DNA from: Minisyncoccota bacterium
GTDB taxonomy: Bacteria; Patescibacteriota; Minisyncoccia; Phycocordibacterales; UBA9973
Reading direction: 5' to 3'
Assembly: GCA_041657885.1 (NCBI GenBank)
Contig: JBBABB010000001.1
Coordinates: 267,184 to 331,183 of the forward strand
DNA: 64,000 bases
Shown in pieces: positions 45,996 to 54,751 of the stretch. The notes beneath the pieces are model-generated. The model was not told the origin of the DNA and ran no database searches. It saw only the letters and a list, made by a program, of their open reading frames with translations. How positions within the stretch are numbered: the stretch's first letter is position 1; the number at the start of each line of letters is the position of its first letter. Made by a program: the position numbers and the translations under genes.

Positions 45996-48173
45996 TTATT
46001 CTAATACTTTACGTAGCACATCTTCCGGCACTTCCCTTTTTGCCTTGCGTTTCTGCCAAGAATTTGTATTAGGTTTTATTTCGGGTTCTGGTTGCGAAAC
46101 AGGAATGTCTTTTTGAGATGGTCTGGCTCCTCGTCCTCCCTCATCCGAGGACCTCTCAAAAAGATTTTCCTGTGAAGCAACCTCTATCTTCTCTTCTTTT
46201 TTTACTTCTACTGATTGAATCACTTTTTCTTTCTCTTTAATCCTTGATAACACATCTTTAAGCGTTGCTTTCTTTTCTTCTGACGCCTCTTTTGTGGGTA
46301 AAGTATTTGCTACTCTTACATTAGAATTATTATTTTCTTTTAATGCAGAAAGAGACATAGGTTCTTGTTTAGAAATAGGCGCAACAGTTTCCTCTATTTT
46401 AAATCCTTTTTCTTCTGCCCCCTCCTTACCTCCTTTAGCAATTTTCTCCAACAATCCTCGCAAAAGTGGAGAAGGCCCAGAGTGTTTCTTTTTTTCTACA
46501 AAAGAAGTCCTTCTGTCATTGGTATTAACATTGTTTGTTGCTTGAGATGAACCCTGTGGTTTATATGAAGAATCTTTCGGCTTACTAAACCCAGAAAAAT
46601 TATTGTGAGGTGCCCCAGCTTTTTGTTCCATGGGTTTAAATTCTATCCCCAACATCGCTAACGGCTCAGTCGAAACTTTTTCTTCTTGATGAGCTGAACG
46701 AGATGCCACAAATCCGCTTTCTGGTTTAAGCTCACCACTTTTAATTTTGTACATACACTCTTTACAATAAACAGGCCTACCTTCTTTGGGCTCAAAAGGG
46801 ACCATCGTGGACTTACCACAATTTGAACAATCAGCTTTGTATTTCGCATCACCATCTCCGACTTGAAGCATTCCACTCCACTTTGAAATTTCATCTTCAA
46901 CTTCTGCTCGTGGACGAGTATATAGTTTACGTGATGACTCTATAATTTTATCTTTAACACCTTTTGATAAATCTATTTTTATTGGAGGAAGAGTTGTCGC
47001 CGAGAATGGACGACTAGTTACACCATCAATCATTAACTTAACATAAATATGAAAGTTGGGTAAATTTACCAAATCTAGTGCTGTAAATTCAGGCTCAAAT
47101 TCTTTTTCTAAAAATTCGGCATCATCTCCACCAACACGGAAAACAATCATAGTCCCAACGTTACCGAAAACAGCATCACGAACTTTTGTGCTATCTTTAC
47201 TCTCAAGTTGAGCTGTATATTGGTGAGCCACAGTAAGATTGAGTCGATATTTACGAGCTTCAGAGAGAATATTTGCAAATGCATCCGTCGCAAAGTTTTG
47301 GAATTCATCAACATACAAATAAAAATCTTTTCTATCTTCTTCGGGAATTCTGACACGCTCCATCGCGGCAAGCTGAATTTTTGTAATAATCATACCTCCT
47401 AAAAGTGCTGAATTGTCTTCACCGATACGCCCTTTTGAAACGTTGACGAGAAAAATTTTCCCCTCATTCATTATTTTGAAAATATCAATAGTTGATTTTG
47501 GCTGACCAACAACATTACGAATAATAGAAGTTGAAAGGAATTGACCGACCTTATTTTGAATCGGAGCTATTGCTTCATTACGAAATTGGTCACGCCATTG
47601 TTCATATTCATGAACCCAAAAAGCTTTAACAACAGGGTCTTTCAAATTACCAATTATCATTTGTCGATAATCTTTATCCACCAAGAGTCTTGGGATACCT
47701 AGAAGCGTTGTCCCTGGAGTATCAAGAAGCGCAAGAATTGCATTATTCAAAATGTATTCCATACGAGAACTCCAAGCATTAGCCCAAATCTTCGTAAAAA
47801 TACCCATCAGCCCTGATGCTACTAAGTGTTTATATTTTGGATCGTCAAGTTGTATAACATTAAAACCGATATGAAATTCTGTATCAGCTGGATTAAAATA
47901 TATTACATCTTTTACTCTGTGGTCTGGAATAAGATGGAGGATTTCTTCTACGGTCTCTCCGTGCGGGTCCACCACACAAACGCCTTCACCATTCTGAATA
48001 TTCTGGGCAATAAGATTGGAAAGAAGAACAGATTTACCAGTACCTGACTTTCCCAAGATATACATATGCTGGCGACGATCTTTACGTTTTATGCCAAAAA
48101 TAGCATTAGTACTACGGAAGTTTGTTCTACCAAAATAAGTAATGTCTCGATTGTGTGGAATTTCATTTTCCAT
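45996..48173 (-). CDS. VirB4/TraG/HerA-like P-loop ATPase with CxxC-x17-CxxC domain
   Basis: GKSGTGKS, VDPHG, LYVDEFQN, EARKY, AHQY; CSNC-x17-CKEC. Confidence 0.88.
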   Translation of the reverse strand: MENEIPHNRDITYFGRTNFRSTNAIFGIKRKDRRQHMYILGKSGTGKSVLLSNLIAQNIQNGEGVCVVDPHGETVEEILHLIPDHRVKDVIYFNPADTEFHIGFNVIQLDDPKYKHLVASGLMGIFTKIWANAWSSRMEYILNNAILALLDTPGTTLLGIPRLLVDKDYRQMIIGNLKDPVVKAFWVHEYEQWRDQFRNEAIAPIQNKVGQFLSTSIIRNVVGQPKSTIDIFKIMNEGKIFLVNVSKGRIGEDNSALLGGMIITKIQLAAMERVRIPEEDRKDFYLYVDEFQNFATDAFANILSEARKYRLNLTVAHQYTAQLESKDSTKVRDAVFGNVGTMIVFRVGGDDAEFLEKEFEPEFTALDLVNLPNFHIYVKLMIDGVTSRPFSATTLPPIKIDLSKGVKDKIIESSRKLYTRPRAEVEDEISKWSGMLQVGDGDAKYKADCSNCGKSTMVPFEPKEGRPVYCKECMYKIKSGELKPESGFVASRSAHQEEKVSTEPLAMLGIEFKPMEQKAGAPHNNFSGFSKPKDSSYKPQGSSQATNNVNTNDRRTSFVEKKKHSGPSPLLRGLLEKIAKGGKEGAEEKGFKIEETVAPISKQEPMSLSALKENNNSNVRVANTLPTKEASEEKKATLKDVLSRIKEKEKVIQSVEVKKEEKIEVASQENLFERSSDEGGRGARPSQKDIPVSQPEPEIKPNTNSWQKRKAKREVPEDVLRKVLE
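46100..46172. repeat. In-frame long hairpin element in the ATPase tail
   Basis: caggaatgtctttttgagatggtc..gacctctcaaaaagattttcctg. Confidence 0.7.
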
Positions 48174-48255
48174 AGATTGGATTCATTATACAATGATTCT
48201 TCCAAATAAAAAAGGGGTTATAATATTCAAAACATAAATGCTATAATCTAAAAAT

Positions 48256-48849
48256 ATGATTCCAGAATATTTCGCCTATCTTTCAATTCCTTTCATTGCT
48301 ATCGGTTCTTTCTTTTATATAAGAGATACCATCAGGGGGAAAACAAAACCCAATAGAGTTTCTTGGATATTTTGGATGATTGCTCCTTTTGTTGGTGTAT
48401 ATATAGGTTATAAATCTGGAGTTAGTCTTCCCCTACTTGCATCTACATTTGCCGCAGGATTTTGTCCTTTTCTTGTTTTAATTGCATCTATCTTTAATAA
48501 AAATTCGTATTGGAAAACTACAAAGTTTGATATTTTGTGTGGAATATTATCTCTAATAGCAATTATAATATGGGTTACAACAAAAAATGGAGCTATCTCA
48601 ATCACCTTTGCTGTTCTAGCTGATTTGTTCGCAAGTATTCCAACAATTATTAAAAGTTGGAAACATAGCGAGACAGAAAACATTGGCCCATATTCTTTTG
48701 GCACGATAAATCAAATAATTACTATTTTGGCTATAAGTAAATTTTCTTTTTTAAACCTAATTTTCCCTATTTATTTTATTTTAGATAATATAATTATTAT
48801 TTTAGGAGTAAAAAGAAAAAGTATTTTCAAACTAATCACTAGAAACTAG
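48256..48849 (+). CDS. Hypothetical 7-TM protein (PQ-loop/SWEET-like)
   Basis: YIRDT..GKTKPNRVSW..IPTIIKSW..ETE. Confidence 0.78.
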   Translation: MIPEYFAYLSIPFIAIGSFFYIRDTIRGKTKPNRVSWIFWMIAPFVGVYIGYKSGVSLPLLASTFAAGFCPFLVLIASIFNKNSYWKTTKFDILCGILSLIAIIIWVTTKNGAISITFAVLADLFASIPTIIKSWKHSETENIGPYSFGTINQIITILAISKFSFLNLIFPIYFILDNIIIILGVKRKSIFKLITRN

Positions 48850-48863
48850 CTACTGGAAACTAA

Positions 48864-50573
48864 TTAATAAACTTCCGCTTGATAGCATTTTTCACAATAG
48901 ATTATTTCTGGACGGTCGGGGGCATAAGGGGTTTTAATTTCTATACCACATTTATTACAATTTCTATCATATAATCCGGGCTTATTTGTCCTATTAAATC
49001 TACGAGCGTGTCGACATTTTGGGCAAGAATGTGGAATTGGTTGATTAAATTTTTCTAATAATTCAAATTCAACATCGCTTATATTAAATCCTTTGTCACA
49101 GGTGCTACACCTGATAACTTCCTTTTTTATTCCTTTTGTCGTCTCATTAAATGTCTGTGGTAAAGAATCCGCCGAGTAGGTAAAGTTGTAAGTTTGTTTT
49201 GGAATATCGCACCAATTATAACCCTGAGTTTCAGCTTGTTTTTTTGATAATGGATTATATTCATAAGCCATGGTTTCATTATATCCAAAGGGAGATAGTT
49301 CTGGCGGTAAAAATTCTCCATATGTATAAGTATGCCCTGTTTTGTTTTTCCAAGGATTCTTTTTCATATCAGCAATAATTTTTTCTTTTAGTTCAAAATA
49401 TTCTTCTTTTGTGTATTGTTTATTCAAAATACAATATTGTTTTCTTTTCAAATTTACACAACCAAAACAATCTTTTCCTTGAATACAATAAAAAGAATAT
49501 TCTACATTTTGTGCATTTGGCCAACACTCTGCGCAAAATTTATTATTGTAAGCTCCTTCTCCTACAATGTAACATTCATAAAGTAGAGACGATTCAGCCC
49601 CCCATCCAGTATAATCATAACAATCTTTTGCCCCCTTAAGAGATAAATATTGAACGAAGCGACAATCTTCAGCTCCCGAAACAAGAAAAGCATTTTTTGT
49701 ATTCTTCGATTCATAAACATATTCTCCTGTAACATTTATATTTAAACTATTACCATGATAGGATCGTTTAGGCGCACTACTCCAAAAATTTTCAGATTGA
49801 TTTTTTAATTTTTGTTGACTTCCATAAGTATCTAATTTTAATTCTTTTAACTTTTCAAAATATTCATTTTTTAAATATTTCTTATTAAAAATAAAGTAAC
49901 TTTTATTTCGTAGATTTACGCATCCAATACAATCATTACACCCATAACACGACTGGCAAAAATAACAATTTATACAACTATCTAATTCTTCGCTCCATTT
50001 GCAGTTATAACATTTATAAATTCCAACACATTCATAACACAATTCTGATTCTTTGGCACGATAACAGTCAAGAAGATCTTTATTGTGAGCAGTCATCATT
50101 GTATAAGCACAGTGTTCATCGTAGTCAGCATAGATTGTCATAAAACAATTTTTCTGATACGAGGCGTTGTTTGCATATTTTGTATTAACAAGTGATGGGT
50201 AAAGGGATTCAAGCGCAACAAAGATAGATTTCTTTCGAAGCTCAATTAATTGCTCAAAAAAAGGTCTATTTTCATCGTATTCCATCCCATATTCTGTCCC
50301 ATCCCAATTGTCTTTCCACCAACAAGGATTACAGTACATTTTTGTTTCCCCCTCTGGGGGATACAAACAAATAACAAGCTCCCCACATGAATCGCATTTT
50401 TTCTTATAAAATGACGACAAATTACCAAAAACCATTCTTCGCATCATCCTACACTCTGGACAAAAAGTTGGTGCTGGAACTTTTATTTTCTCGTAAAATG
50501 AAAAATCGTCAGGCTCGATAACGAAGTCGTGTTTGCAATTCTGACATATTCGGTTTTCGCTTTTATATTCCAT
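48864..50573 (-). CDS. Cys-rich hypothetical protein, paralog 2
   Basis: CQNC..CPEC, ELCYEC, CIGCVNL, KQYCILNKQY, terminal CNKC-x17-CEKC. Confidence 0.85.
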   Translation of the reverse strand: MEYKSENRICQNCKHDFVIEPDDFSFYEKIKVPAPTFCPECRMMRRMVFGNLSSFYKKKCDSCGELVICLYPPEGETKMYCNPCWWKDNWDGTEYGMEYDENRPFFEQLIELRKKSIFVALESLYPSLVNTKYANNASYQKNCFMTIYADYDEHCAYTMMTAHNKDLLDCYRAKESELCYECVGIYKCYNCKWSEELDSCINCYFCQSCYGCNDCIGCVNLRNKSYFIFNKKYLKNEYFEKLKELKLDTYGSQQKLKNQSENFWSSAPKRSYHGNSLNINVTGEYVYESKNTKNAFLVSGAEDCRFVQYLSLKGAKDCYDYTGWGAESSLLYECYIVGEGAYNNKFCAECWPNAQNVEYSFYCIQGKDCFGCVNLKRKQYCILNKQYTKEEYFELKEKIIADMKKNPWKNKTGHTYTYGEFLPPELSPFGYNETMAYEYNPLSKKQAETQGYNWCDIPKQTYNFTYSADSLPQTFNETTKGIKKEVIRCSTCDKGFNISDVEFELLEKFNQPIPHSCPKCRHARRFNRTNKPGLYDRNCNKCGIEIKTPYAPDRPEIIYCEKCYQAEVY

Positions 50574-50628
50574 GTTGAATTTTTCTTATCCATAACACTT
50601 TTTGACGACCGCATTAATCCGTTATTGT

Positions 50629-51054
50629 CTATTCTTTATCCTTTTTATTTAAAATTGAAGAATGGAAAATTTCGGGGTTGTGTGGTTTGCCACACACAAT
50701 TTCTATTTTTGGTAAATTACCATTTTTTATGGATTTATTTAAATTATTTAAAAGTGCATGTTGGTCATAGCCGAGATAAACAACATCCGGTTTAACTTCT
50801 TTTAAAATATTATATGTCCCTATTTTAAGGTCACCTAAAAGAACTAAATCTATATCTGGAACTTCTAAAAGTGTATTTATTCTTTCCACTTCATTATTTT
50901 CTGGTAATTGACCCTTCAACTCTTTTACAACACTATCACGCGCAATAATAGCCACAAGATGATTACCTTGCTTTTTTGCATCCTTTATAAAAGATGAGTG
51001 TCCATCATGTATCCCATCAAAAACACCAAAAATTACTACGGTTTTATTAATCAT
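50629..51054 (-). CDS. Cytidylyltransferase-family protein (archaeal FAD synthetase-like)
   Basis: GVFDGIHDGH (HxGH), ARD, LGYDQ, HSS. Confidence 0.85.
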   Translation of the reverse strand: MINKTVVIFGVFDGIHDGHSSFIKDAKKQGNHLVAIIARDSVVKELKGQLPENNEVERINTLLEVPDIDLVLLGDLKIGTYNILKEVKPDVVYLGYDQHALLNNLNKSIKNGNLPKIEIVCGKPHNPEIFHSSILNKKDKE

Positions 51055-51057
51055 ATT

Positions 51058-51363
51058 TTATTCAATAACTTTCATCATCCATTCTTTGTATGGGTGGTTT
51101 ATTCGGCGGACATCTACCCCTGCAATAAGTGGAACACTATAAGTGTGGTGTTCTGAAATAATCTGATTCACTTCTTCTATTTTTAATTCAAATGTAGTGA
51201 CCAAAAGCATCGCTTGCGACACACATTGAAAAGAACCTTCCCAACTATAACAAGAAGATATTGACCAAAAATCAACACAAGCCGCTATCTTTTTATTTAC
51301 AATTAATGACCCAAGTTCTTGAGCTTCGTCCATATTTTTACATGTTGTATATATAAATACCAT
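51058..51363 (-). CDS. cutA: Divalent-cation tolerance protein CutA
   Basis: AACV, YSWEG, HTYSVP, YKEW. Confidence 0.9.
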   Translation of the reverse strand: MVFIYTTCKNMDEAQELGSLIVNKKIAACVDFWSISSCYSWEGSFQCVSQAMLLVTTFELKIEEVNQIISEHHTYSVPLIAGVDVRRINHPYKEWMMKVIE

Positions 51364-51443
51364 AAAATATATAGATAAATTAGGTTACGACCCTTATTTT
51401 TTAATTATATCACTATTTAAAGAGAGGTCTATATAAAAACACT

Positions 51444-53090
51444 TTAGTTTATATTTTGCTTATAGCACTCTTCACAAGCAATTTTTTTATATCCCCACTC
51501 GGGAGGATAATAGGCATCGATATTTTTCTTGCAGTAATAACAATTATATGGATAAGCCGTCAAAACTGTCGTGTACTTCATATTATTTTTTATTCGCACA
51601 TCAAAATGATATCGTGGAAGTGGAATATTATTTTGTTTGTAAAAAATTAATTCATTTTCAGCTATATTAAACCGCCAACCTGTCTCTGGACAAATAAGTG
51701 CTTGAGTTATTATAGTATCAGGAACATCATCTATGGAATCAGGTAATTCACTTGTTGGTATTCCTTCTATATGACTTTCACTAACATCTTCCCAATAACC
51801 ACCAAGTTTTAAAATATCTTCTTTTTTGGTTTCTGGAAAATATAAGAAGCTAGTAGAAAAATTAAATGGCCCAGCACTCATAGAATATGGCAAAAACTTT
51901 CCATATTCGCCTCTTTCTTTCATATCTTCAATAATTCTTGTCCTGAGCTTGTCGAAGGATTCTTTCGTATATTGTTTATTCAAAATACAATATTTCTTTT
52001 TCTTCAAACCAACACAACCGAAACAATATTCACATTCAAGACATAAATCCAAATATTCGGAATATCTTGATTGGGTCCAAGCCGAATATTTTAAAGCAAA
52101 AATATTCATACAACCGGCACAATTACCAGATAATTCTCCATACCAGCAACCATTACAATCTATATTGGATGTCTCTTTCATCCCTCTGACGCAATTATAA
52201 CTATCTTCAGAGTCGCTGATAGTAAAACAATTATGACAATTTTTCGTGTTCATCAGATTATCTCCATCAGAATTATAAGTTTTCAAATTAAAGTTTTCCC
52301 TATGAATTGCTTCTTTTTGCGCAATTTCTTCGAAATGTTTTTTGTGTAATTGAATTGATTTATATGAGCCAAGAAAGAATAACCCTAATTTTTTATCATA
52401 TTCCTCCTTAGAATACTGAACATTCTCTATGCAGTATGATTTGCCTCGCAAATTCCAACACATAAAACAATCCTGGCAGTTGCGACAATCTTGTAAAAAA
52501 TATGAATCAATACAATCCTTGGAATTTCTGGAATAGAACAATTTAAAAGAATTGAAACAATTAACCGAATCAAAACACTTTTCCGAATCAAAACAAACTA
52601 CTACATCTATTGAATTTCTAACTCTTAGATTTCTGTATGAATAATATAAATCTTCACATACTTCCATTGAACGAGATAAGTAACAATTTTTAGAATTCCA
52701 AACATCATCACACCAATCACAATTCGTATTTTTACTTCCATTCTGATGCGGATGTGGAACTTTTTCTTGAAGTTTTTGTAATTGAGTAAAAAATGGTTTT
52801 GAAGAATCATAATCTTGTCCAAAACTCATCACATCCCAAGCATCACTATGCCATTCTGTTAAAGTATAAATCGGATATCTATTCTTTTCTGGAAAAGTTG
52901 TAATTAAACTGTCCCCTGATAAATCAGAAACCCCTTTACGAAATTTACCAAACAACCAAAAAGACAAGTGTAATTTTATTCGGCAAAAGAAACACAATGT
53001 CGGTAATTCAATATCAACCTTTTCATACATAGATAATTTATCTTTTGTTATAGAAAACTCTTTCTTACAGTGTTCGCAAACTTTTTTCAT
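51444..53090 (-). CDS. Cys-rich hypothetical protein, paralog 3
   Basis: CEHC..CFFC, CFMCWNLR, CFGCVGLKKKKYCILNKQY, terminal zinc ribbon. Confidence 0.85.
   Translation of the reverse strand: MKKVCEHCKKEFSITKDKLSMYEKVDIELPTLCFFCRIKLHLSFWLFGKFRKGVSDLSGDSLITTFPEKNRYPIYTLTEWHSDAWDVMSFGQDYDSSKPFFTQLQKLQEKVPHPHQNGSKNTNCDWCDDVWNSKNCYLSRSMEVCEDLYYSYRNLRVRNSIDVVVCFDSEKCFDSVNCFNSFKLFYSRNSKDCIDSYFLQDCRNCQDCFMCWNLRGKSYCIENVQYSKEEYDKKLGLFFLGSYKSIQLHKKHFEEIAQKEAIHRENFNLKTYNSDGDNLMNTKNCHNCFTISDSEDSYNCVRGMKETSNIDCNGCWYGELSGNCAGCMNIFALKYSAWTQSRYSEYLDLCLECEYCFGCVGLKKKKYCILNKQYTKESFDKLRTRIIEDMKERGEYGKFLPYSMSAGPFNFSTSFLYFPETKKEDILKLGGYWEDVSESHIEGIPTSELPDSIDDVPDTIITQALICPETGWRFNIAENELIFYKQNNIPLPRYHFDVRIKNNMKYTTVLTAYPYNCYYCKKNIDAYYPPEWGYKKIACEECYKQNIN
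51937..51959 (-). repeat. In-frame REP-like element (CTTCGACAAGCTCAG family)
   Basis: sense tccttcgacaagctcaggacaag (SFDKLRTR). Confidence 0.7.
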
Positions 53091-53120
53091 AATATTTTTA
53101 ATTCATAGAATTTTTCTCCT

Positions 53121-53158
53121 CAAGGACTTGCCTTGGGCTCTCTAAAGGCAAGACCTTT
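53121..53158. repeat. Intergenic pair of AAGG-x5-CCTT palindromes
   Basis: caaggacttgccttg and aaaggcaagaccttt, in inverted orientation to each other. Confidence 0.6.
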
Positions 53159-53170
53159 TCCCGAAAAATT

Positions 53171-54700
53171 CTAAATCAACGGCTCGCCACCTTTTTCTCC
53201 TTTTTTTGGTTTCTCTCTAGGGTTTGATTCTTTATTTATACTTTCACTTTTATTTTCTTCATTACCTATTTCTTCTTCACCTTCTTCTTTTTTATCTGCC
53301 ATTATGGCAGCTTTTTCTTGAGCAGACCTTATGATAGTTGCTTCTTCTTCAGCAATTAATCTCTGCGCTTCACCTGCCAAAATAGAATATTTGCGTCGAG
53401 AGGCCTCTATAGCTTCTTGACGATAAGAAGGATGAGTGGCTGGCAATACACGCAATGTTTCAGCAGAAAATGGGTCATAACTTTCTCCATCAATTGTCAT
53501 CTTAATAAAAAATTCCCCAACTCCAAGATTAATCATATCTTTTACATCAAAAATAGGAGCAAAATCCGATTTAAGTTTTACGGCGTCATCTCCCCCAACA
53601 CGAAAGGCAATAATAGAACCTGTATTACCAAGTACTGCTTCTTCAACCTTAGGCATAAGTTGACCAACATATTGGTGGGCTACTATAAGATTTATGCCAT
53701 ATTTACGAGCTTCTGAAATAATATTTTCAAAAGTATCAGTAACAATATTATGGAACTCATCCACATATAGATAAAAATCATTACGATCTTGTGGTTCTAA
53801 TTTAGCACGAGCCATACCAGCTTGCTTAATTTTAGTAAGAAACATTGCTCCAAAGAAAGAAGAGTTCTCCTCACCTATTTTCCCTTTTGACAGATTAATC
53901 AAAAGAATCTTTCGCTCATTCATTAATTCTTCCAGATCAATTTTATTTTCTTTTTGTCCAAAAATATTACGGAGCATTGGGTCAGAAAGAAACTGGCCTA
54001 ATTTGTTAACCAGAGGAATAATAGCATCAGTATCAAATTTCTCAGACCAGTCAGCGAATTCTATTGCCCAGAATCTTTTTACCATATCATCCCCTATATA
54101 CTCCACAACCTTCTGACGATAGTTACGATCAGTAAGCATACTAATCATTCCCCGCATAGTAGCATGAGGATAATCAAGAAGAGCAAGCGTTGTAAAACGA
54201 AAAACGTGCTCAAGACGAGGAGTCCAGTTTGCTCCGAATTGTTTTCTTAAAACTTCTATCAATCCTTGAGTGAGTTGATGTTTAAAAGTTGGGTCGATGT
54301 TTGCTAGAGGATTAAATGATGAAGGATAATTTATGTCGCCTGGGTCGATTATACAAATATCTTCAATTCTCTCTTTAGGAATAAAATTTAAAATATCTTC
54401 AATAAGCTCTCCGTGTGGGTCTATAACACAAACACCTTGGCCGTAAGCTATATCTTGTCTAATCATTAATTCTAAAAGCTTAGACTTACCAGTACCTGAC
54501 TTTCCAATTATGTACATATGACGTCTACGGTCAATACGCTTGATACCAAAGACGAATTTCTTTTCTTCTAGAGATGCAACATAGTTCGTACGCCCAATAA
54601 AAACAACATCACTTGGGTCTGATTTCCCGAGAGTTGGAAGATCTGGAGGCGGCGGAGCATATTTAATTATCTGAATTTTGTTTGGCTTATTGAGTGACAT
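53171..54700 (-). CDS. VirB4/TraG/HerA-like P-loop ATPase, paralog 2
   Basis: GKSGTGKS, IDPHG, LYVDEFHN, EARKY, AHQY. Confidence 0.88.
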   Translation of the reverse strand: MSLNKPNKIQIIKYAPPPPDLPTLGKSDPSDVVFIGRTNYVASLEEKKFVFGIKRIDRRRHMYIIGKSGTGKSKLLELMIRQDIAYGQGVCVIDPHGELIEDILNFIPKERIEDICIIDPGDINYPSSFNPLANIDPTFKHQLTQGLIEVLRKQFGANWTPRLEHVFRFTTLALLDYPHATMRGMISMLTDRNYRQKVVEYIGDDMVKRFWAIEFADWSEKFDTDAIIPLVNKLGQFLSDPMLRNIFGQKENKIDLEELMNERKILLINLSKGKIGEENSSFFGAMFLTKIKQAGMARAKLEPQDRNDFYLYVDEFHNIVTDTFENIISEARKYGINLIVAHQYVGQLMPKVEEAVLGNTGSIIAFRVGGDDAVKLKSDFAPIFDVKDMINLGVGEFFIKMTIDGESYDPFSAETLRVLPATHPSYRQEAIEASRRKYSILAGEAQRLIAEEEATIIRSAQEKAAIMADKKEEGEEEIGNEENKSESINKESNPREKPKKGEKGGEPLI

Positions 54701-54751
54701 ATGTTTATATATTGTATCAAATTACAATAAAATAGTATAATATAGACGTAT

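Noticed and set aside
45996-54700. Conjugative element / T4SS
   Set aside because: No relaxase, integrase or mating-pair genes; the ATPases sit among chromosomal genes
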